This document shows, piece after piece, positions 59,059 to 64,000 of a stretch of DNA of 64,000 nt. Every line of letters begins with the position of its first letter. Position 1 is the first letter of the stretch. The notes beneath the pieces were generated by a model that was not told the DNA's origin, made no database searches, and saw only the letters and a list, made by a program, of their open reading frames with translations. This DNA comes from an uncultured Bacteroidales bacterium (GTDB lineage Bacteria > Bacteroidota > Bacteroidia > Bacteroidales > UBA7960), in contig CAYGFY010000015.1 in assembly GCA_964349365.1 (NCBI GenBank), positions 5,166 through 69,165 of the forward strand, written 5' to 3'. A program made the position numbers and the translations under genes.

Positions 59059-59515
59059 TACTTGTTGGCGAAATTTTTCCCATTACCTCCTCGGCAAGTG
59101 CCGAAAAATCGTCAGGTTCGGTCTCCATTATTGATTGGTAAACATCTTTTGCCCATATTTCAATTTTGTGCCCGTATGCGAAAAGAATAATGTCGTTGTG
59201 AATACCGGCGTGTTCGAGCAATGATTTTGGCATTAAGAGCCTTCCCATCGAATCGGGTATTATTTCGGTTGCCCCCCTGAAAAAGTACCTTGCAAAATCG
59301 CGGTTCTTTTTCACGAAAGTGTTAAGAGAGTTTACCTCCTTCGAAATCTTTTGCCATTCGCTATCGGGGTAGAGCGTAAGGCTTCTTTCAAAACCACGAT
59401 TTACCACGAACCTCTCGAGGTCGCTGTTCGAAAGTTGCTTCTTCAACCCAGCTGGCAACAAAAAGCGGCTTTTGGGGTCAATCCGGCACTCGAATTCTCC
59501 AATCAAGGGGTTCAT
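59048..59515 (-). CDS. mraZ: Transcriptional regulator MraZ
   Basis: Duplicated SpoVT/AbrB-like halves (RFLLPAGLKK / RLLMPKSL). It is the first gene of the dcw cluster. 155 aa. Confidence 0.9.
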   Translation of the reverse strand: MNPLIGEFECRIDPKSRFLLPAGLKKQLSNSDLERFVVNRGFERSLTLYPDSEWQKISKEVNSLNTFVKKNRDFARYFFRGATEIIPDSMGRLLMPKSLLEHAGIHNDIILFAYGHKIEIWAKDVYQSIMETEPDDFSALAEEVMGKISPTSNDD

Positions 59516-59560
59516 TATGGTAAAATTGTTTATTTCGGTTGCTAAATTAATATATTATTT

Positions 59561-59585
59561 GACACATTTTACCACTTTTTGACAC
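59561..59585 (-). promoter_or_regulatory. Candidate MraZ operator: three 10-bp-phased GTGnn boxes
   Basis: The plus strand reads GACAC-ATTTT-ACCAC-TTTTT-GACAC. On the minus strand these are GTGTC, GTGGT and GTGTC at exact 10-nt spacing, 46-70 nt upstream of the mraZ ATG. Confidence 0.55.
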
Positions 59586-60045
59586 ATTGTTAATAACTTT
59601 TTTCGGAAATCGCATGTAAGAATCTGATTTTATTTTTAATATACTGAATGTTAATACTTTAAACGGTGGCGGACTGTTTCATCCACTTCTCGGCGTTGAA
59701 TTCATTATTTTCTTAAATGTTTAAAAAAAGGGATAAATGGCGGTGATTGGTGATGGGTTTTGTAATTTTTGAATTCTAAGTATCCTTAGGTAGCAATACA
59801 ATAATTCAAAATTGCTCAAGGTGTTAGTAAAATCGCCACGCCAGGTTCGTAATGCGGTATTTTAATTTTCAATTGCCAATTATCGATTGAAAAAAAGATT
59901 ATTTCGAACAGAATTGGACAATAGATTAATTTTGTACCTTTATGCCGTTTTTTACGAACACGAAAGCCATGTTTGTATTGATTTTGTGCCAGTTTGTTTT
60001 TGTCAACTTTATGCGAGGTCAAGAGTTAATTCTAAAAATGCCAGT

Positions 60046-60918
60046 ATGGAGGCAAACCAAACCAATGAAAATTCGAAGTACAGCAAGGGTTTGATTGACG
60101 TGGAGCGCGCCTTGCGGAGGAAGTTGAAAAAGAACTTCAAGTTTGTTCCTTCGTTCGTTATTAAATACCTCAAGCGGGTTACTCACCAGGAGAGGGTTAA
60201 TCAATTTGTAGAAGCACACGCTGGATTGAAGGATTTCGAATTCTTGGATAAAGTCCTGCACGAAGGTTTTAAGGTCAAGATACAGATAAATAACCTCTAT
60301 TACCTGCCTAAGGATGGCAAGTGTGTTGTTGTTGGAAATCACCCGCTAGGCGGGCTTGACGGAATGGCTGTATTTCACGCTATTGGACAAATTAGGCGCG
60401 ACGTGAAATCTATTTCCAACGATTTGTTAATGACTTTCGAACCTTTGCGGAATTTGTTCATACCTGTTAATCCTTTCGGGCGAAACACTACCGAAAGCGT
60501 AAAGTTGATAGAAGATAATTTTGCTTCTGACAATTGTCTTCTCATTTTTCCGGCAGGTTTGGTTTCGCGAAAGCAAAAAGGAGGGGTAATTAAAGATCTC
60601 GAGTGGAAAAAGACGTTTATTGCCAAATCCATAAAGCACGAGCGCCATGTTGTTCCGGTGCACGTTTCGGGTCAAAACTCTCAGTTTTTTTACAATCTTG
60701 CCCGGTGGCGCAAAAGATTGGGTATCAAGTTCAATATTGAAATGCTATATTTGGTAGGTGAAATGTTCAAGCAAGAAGGAAACAAGTTGGAGATTACTTT
60801 TGGGCAACCCATTTCGCACACGGTTTTTACAGATCGTTTTTCGCACGGCCAATGGGCAGCCATGGTAAAGGAGCACGTTTACGATATTCCCAATGGAAAC
60901 CTAATTTTCAATCCTTAA
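60046..60918 (+). CDS. PlsC-family acyltransferase (GlsA/OlsA-like lyso-lipoamino-acid O-acyltransferase)
   Basis: HX4D motif GNHPLGGLDG and downstream FPAGLVSR. ATG 60046 is preferred over TTG 59887. Confidence 0.65.
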   Translation: MEANQTNENSKYSKGLIDVERALRRKLKKNFKFVPSFVIKYLKRVTHQERVNQFVEAHAGLKDFEFLDKVLHEGFKVKIQINNLYYLPKDGKCVVVGNHPLGGLDGMAVFHAIGQIRRDVKSISNDLLMTFEPLRNLFIPVNPFGRNTTESVKLIEDNFASDNCLLIFPAGLVSRKQKGGVIKDLEWKKTFIAKSIKHERHVVPVHVSGQNSQFFYNLARWRKRLGIKFNIEMLYLVGEMFKQEGNKLEITFGQPISHTVFTDRFSHGQWAAMVKEHVYDIPNGNLIFNP

Positions 60919-60926
60919 TCTAAACC

Positions 60927-61877
60927 ATGGAAGAGAAGATCGAAAATATTGCCAGCCCCGTAGCCAAGGATATTTTGAAAACCGAATTAACCAAGGAGCG
61001 ATTCTTGCGTACCACAAACAAGGCCGAAAACGAGATTTACATCGTAAATTTTAACGACTCGCCCAACCTGGTTAGAGAAATAGGAAGGCTGAGGGAGATT
61101 TCTTTCAGGCTCAGCGGGGGTGGTACGGGCAAGAATATTGACCTTGACGAGTATGATACCGGCCAAGACCCTTACAACCAACTCATAGTTTGGGATCCAT
61201 CGGAAGAAGAAATTGTTGGAGGATACCGGTTCAAAGTTTGTTCAAAGGCCTGCGTGGCCGGTACGGAGATTAAGGGGTTGGCAACCACCAAGATGTTTAG
61301 GTTTAGTAAAAAATTTATTGACGAATACCTGCCCTACACCATTGAACTTGGCCGATCGTTCGTGCAGCCGGCATTCCAACCCTCTCACGGAAATAGAAAG
61401 AGCATTTTTGCCCTGGATAACCTATGGGATGGTCTCGGTGCACTTATTGTTGACCATGCCAATACCCGCCATTTTTTTGGCAAGGTTACCATGTACAAGC
61501 ATTTCAACCAGCAGGCACGAGATATTATCCTGTTCTTTTTCAAGAAGTTCTTTCCCGACAAAGATAAGTTGGTGGAACCATTCAATCCTGTATTGATTCA
61601 ATCTCCCGTTGAAAGGCTGGAAAAATTGTTTGGCACCGGCAGCATTGAAGAAAACTACAAAATATTGGTTCAGGAGGTAAGAAACTTCAAGGAGAACATC
61701 CCCCCGTTAATAAATTCGTACGTAAACCTTTGCTACAAGATGAGATCTTTTGGCACGGCCATAAACGAGGGCTTTGGTGGAGTTGAAGAAACCGGGATTC
61801 TTGTATCGTACCAGGATATCTTGAAATCGAAAAGGGAGAGGTACTGTCAAACCTACATAGAATGGAAGGCTTTATAG
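60927..61877 (+). CDS. OlsB/GlsB-like GNAT N-acyltransferase (lipoamino-acid synthase, hemolysin-like)
   Basis: 316 aa. REIGRLREISFRLSGGGTGKNIDLDEYD..YNQLIVWD is typical of the OlsB-type family as I recall it. The gene is adjacent to the PlsC-type partner. Confidence 0.6.
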   Translation: MEEKIENIASPVAKDILKTELTKERFLRTTNKAENEIYIVNFNDSPNLVREIGRLREISFRLSGGGTGKNIDLDEYDTGQDPYNQLIVWDPSEEEIVGGYRFKVCSKACVAGTEIKGLATTKMFRFSKKFIDEYLPYTIELGRSFVQPAFQPSHGNRKSIFALDNLWDGLGALIVDHANTRHFFGKVTMYKHFNQQARDIILFFFKKFFPDKDKLVEPFNPVLIQSPVERLEKLFGTGSIEENYKILVQEVRNFKENIPPLINSYVNLCYKMRSFGTAINEGFGGVEETGILVSYQDILKSKRERYCQTYIEWKAL

Positions 61878-61894
61878 GGCATCCAGCCATCAAA

Positions 61895-62497
61895 ATGAAT
61901 ATCCGTTCGGCCGAATTCGTGAAAAGTTCGACCGGGCTGGAAGGCTGCCCCGAACCAAACTTACCCGAGTTTGCCTTCATTGGCAGGAGCAACGTGGGTA
62001 AATCATCGTTAATAAACATGCTCACGGGTTTTTCAAAACTTGCAAAAATATCGTCGAGGCCGGGAAAAACTCAATTGATCAATCATTTCTTGATAAACCA
62101 ATCATGGTACCTAACCGACCTGCCAGGTTTTGGTTTTGCCAAGGTACCGGTATCGGTAAAGAACAAGTGGGAAGAAATGATCAAGGGATACTTGCGCAAG
62201 CGGTCGAACCTTGTTTGCGCGTTCTTGCTAATTGACATAAGGCACGAGCCGCTAAAGAATGATCTCGAATTCATGTCGTGGCTTGGCGAAAATGAAGTTC
62301 CGTTCATAATACTGTTTACCAAATCAGACAAACTACCCGTTACCAAGCGCTTGGCCGCGGTTGAAAAATACAACAAAAAACTTGCTGAATTTTGGGATCC
62401 AATGCCCCAACAAATAATTACCAGCAGCGAATTGCGAGGAGGAAGGGAAGAAATATTGTCGCTGATCGAAAAATTCTCAAGGGAGTTTGAACTTTAG
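61895..62497 (+). CDS. engB: Ribosome biogenesis GTPase YihA/EngB
   Basis: G1 motif GRSNVGKSSLIN, DLPGFG and TKSDK. ATG 61895 is preferred. Confidence 0.9.
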   Translation: MNIRSAEFVKSSTGLEGCPEPNLPEFAFIGRSNVGKSSLINMLTGFSKLAKISSRPGKTQLINHFLINQSWYLTDLPGFGFAKVPVSVKNKWEEMIKGYLRKRSNLVCAFLLIDIRHEPLKNDLEFMSWLGENEVPFIILFTKSDKLPVTKRLAAVEKYNKKLAEFWDPMPQQIITSSELRGGREEILSLIEKFSREFEL

Positions 62498-62643
62498 CCC
62501 AAAACCAAGCTCGTCAAATGATTTTTACTTGCCCGCACATTTTTTTTAACTTTGCGCTTCTTAAAATAAGAGCCCGATTGAATTTTGCAAAACACAATGT
62601 AATTTTGAGCAATTAAATTGGGTTAGCCTCTTTTTCTTTAAAA

Positions 62644-64000
62644 ATGAGCCTAAAAAAAACCATTGCTGGATTTGATTTGTTTTCCGGAAGGCAGGTTTGG
62701 AAATTCATTTTGTTTATCTTCGGGTTGGTTATCATTGCAGTGTCGATGGTGCTTAGCAACAACTTCGTAAAAAGTATAGCCAGCCAGGAGCGACAGCGGG
62801 TTGAACTTTGGGCAAATGCTGTAAAGCAACGGGCCCAATTGGTGGTGGATGCCGAAAAACTATTCAGTTCAATTCAGGACGGGGAGCGCAAACGAATAGG
62901 GCAATGGGGAAAAGCATACGAAAAGATATTTGAAGGTGGCCTTGAAGATAAAATTGACGATTTTTATCTCGATTTCATTGCAGGCAACACCACCATACCA
63001 ATGCTTATTACCGATATTGATAGTCATGAGATTACAGCAATCGCAAACGTTGACTCGGTTTTCATGGATCAAAAGGTTTTTGAGGGAGAATTGCGGGAAT
63101 TGTTTTCGGTTTATCCGCCCATAGTATTGCCTTTGAGAAAATTTGGAGTAGAAAATCAACTTCTATACTACCAAGATTCTCACGTTTTTACCGACCTTCG
63201 AAAGCTTATTGCTGTTATACGAGATTCATTTATTTCAGAAGTTGTGGTAAACTCGGCCAACGTGCCCGTTATGCTGGTCGACAGCCTTTTTCGTACCATT
63301 ATTGCAAGCGGTAACATACCGATGGGGCTCGAGTCTGACTCGGTTAAATTGATTAATGCATTCAAGGGTAAAAATGTTCCGCTTGTAATTGAATTACCGG
63401 GTTTTGGCGAGTGTTGGGTTTTGTACGATAACTCGCCATTGCTTATCCAGTTAAAGTATTACCCTTATATCACATTTTTCGTGATTGGCATTTTCATAAT
63501 TGTTGCCTTCTTCTTGTTTAGCACCTCGCGCAATGCCGAGCAAAATTTGGTTTGGGTTGGAATGTCAAAGGAAACCGCCCACCAGCTTGGCACGCCCATT
63601 TCGTCGCTCATGGGGTGGATGGAGGTTTTGAAACAAAATGGCGTTGATGGCTACATAATTAAAGAAATGGAAAGAGATGTTGACAGAATGCAAAACGTTA
63701 CCCAGAGGTTTTCGAATATTGGGTCAAAGCCTAAATTAGTTCCAGAAAACATCGGCGAAGTTCTTAACCGAACTCTCGCCTACATGAAAGTTCGCATATC
63801 AAGCAAGATAAAAGTAACCTTCGATGTTCCCGCCAAGGAAATGCTCCTGCCCTTGAATGCCAACCTTTTTAGCTGGGTTGTAGAGAACCTTTGCAAGAAC
63901 GCCGTGGATGCAATGGATGGCAAGGGAACCATTACTGTGGTTTTGAGTGAAAACCTGAAAAATGTTATCATTGATATGACCGACACCGGCAAGGGAATTC
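62644..64000 (+). CDS. Sensor histidine kinase (partial, 3' end beyond window)
   Basis: My own translation is open from ATG 62644 to the window end. It shows two TM helices flanking a ~240 aa extracytoplasmic domain, an H-box SKETAHQLGTPISSL, an N-box VENLCKNAVDA and a G1 box DTGKGI. Confidence 0.85.
   Translation, partial: MSLKKTIAGFDLFSGRQVWKFILFIFGLVIIAVSMVLSNNFVKSIASQERQRVELWANAVKQRAQLVVDAEKLFSSIQDGERKRIGQWGKAYEKIFEGGLEDKIDDFYLDFIAGNTTIPMLITDIDSHEITAIANVDSVFMDQKVFEGELRELFSVYPPIVLPLRKFGVENQLLYYQDSHVFTDLRKLIAVIRDSFISEVVVNSANVPVMLVDSLFRTIIASGNIPMGLESDSVKLINAFKGKNVPLVIELPGFGECWVLYDNSPLLIQLKYYPYITFFVIGIFIIVAFFLFSTSRNAEQNLVWVGMSKETAHQLGTPISSLMGWMEVLKQNGVDGYIIKEMERDVDRMQNVTQRFSNIGSKPKLVPENIGEVLNRTLAYMKVRISSKIKVTFDVPAKEMLLPLNANLFSWVVENLCKNAVDAMDGKGTITVVLSENLKNVIIDMTDTGKGI

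Overview
This is a 64-kb chromosomal window that looks Bacteroidota-like. Start codons lack Shine-Dalgarno motifs, TAnnTTTG -7 boxes sit in front of two tRNAs and at least two CDSs, and the dcw cluster has no murF or ddl. L31 type B and glycine-lipid-type acyltransferases fit the same assignment. All calls come from reading the supplied ORF translations and the raw sequence; no searches were run.

Gene content, left to right:
- A xanthine dehydrogenase block: a divergent ygfK-like gene, then a MocA-like gene, xdhC, xdhA, xdhB and a methyltransferase.
- asnB.
- Two secreted peptidases (DPP III-like and C69).
- A LuxC-like reductase.
- serC, serA and a DUF1015 gene, followed by rpmE2.
- A GlmU-like nucleotidyltransferase.
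- lon.
- A nine-gene minus-strand envelope-glycan operon.
- tRNA-Pro.
- An ECF sigma factor facing PspC and DUF456 genes.
- ligA.
- A cyanophycinase plus YfcC pair.
- tRNA-Met.
- A complete dcw division/cell-wall cluster (mraZ to ftsZ).
- A lipoamino-acid acyltransferase pair.
- engB.
- A partial histidine kinase.

There are no CRISPR arrays, transposases, phage genes or recognisable defence genes.

Observations most worth a second look:
1. The operon at 26571-36179 encodes clear homologues of the mycobacterial decaprenyl-phospho-arabinose pathway (UbiA/Rv3806c-like, DprE1-like, DprE2-like, plus a HAD phosphatase). It also carries three GT-C-like membrane transferase candidates. This suggests a lipid-linked pentofuranose glycosylation system outside Actinobacteria.
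2. murD in the otherwise intact dcw cluster is reduced to a 192-aa C-terminal fragment that starts right after an in-frame stop.
3. A family of intergenic mosaics built from 7-8 nt tandem words recurs in several spacers, including inside the xdhA-xdhB junction. The words include GTGATTGGTGATTGG, ATCTGCGAAAAT, CGTTAATC and (ATCATCAC)x5.
4. Three 10-bp-phased GTGnn boxes upstream of mraZ form a candidate MraZ operator.
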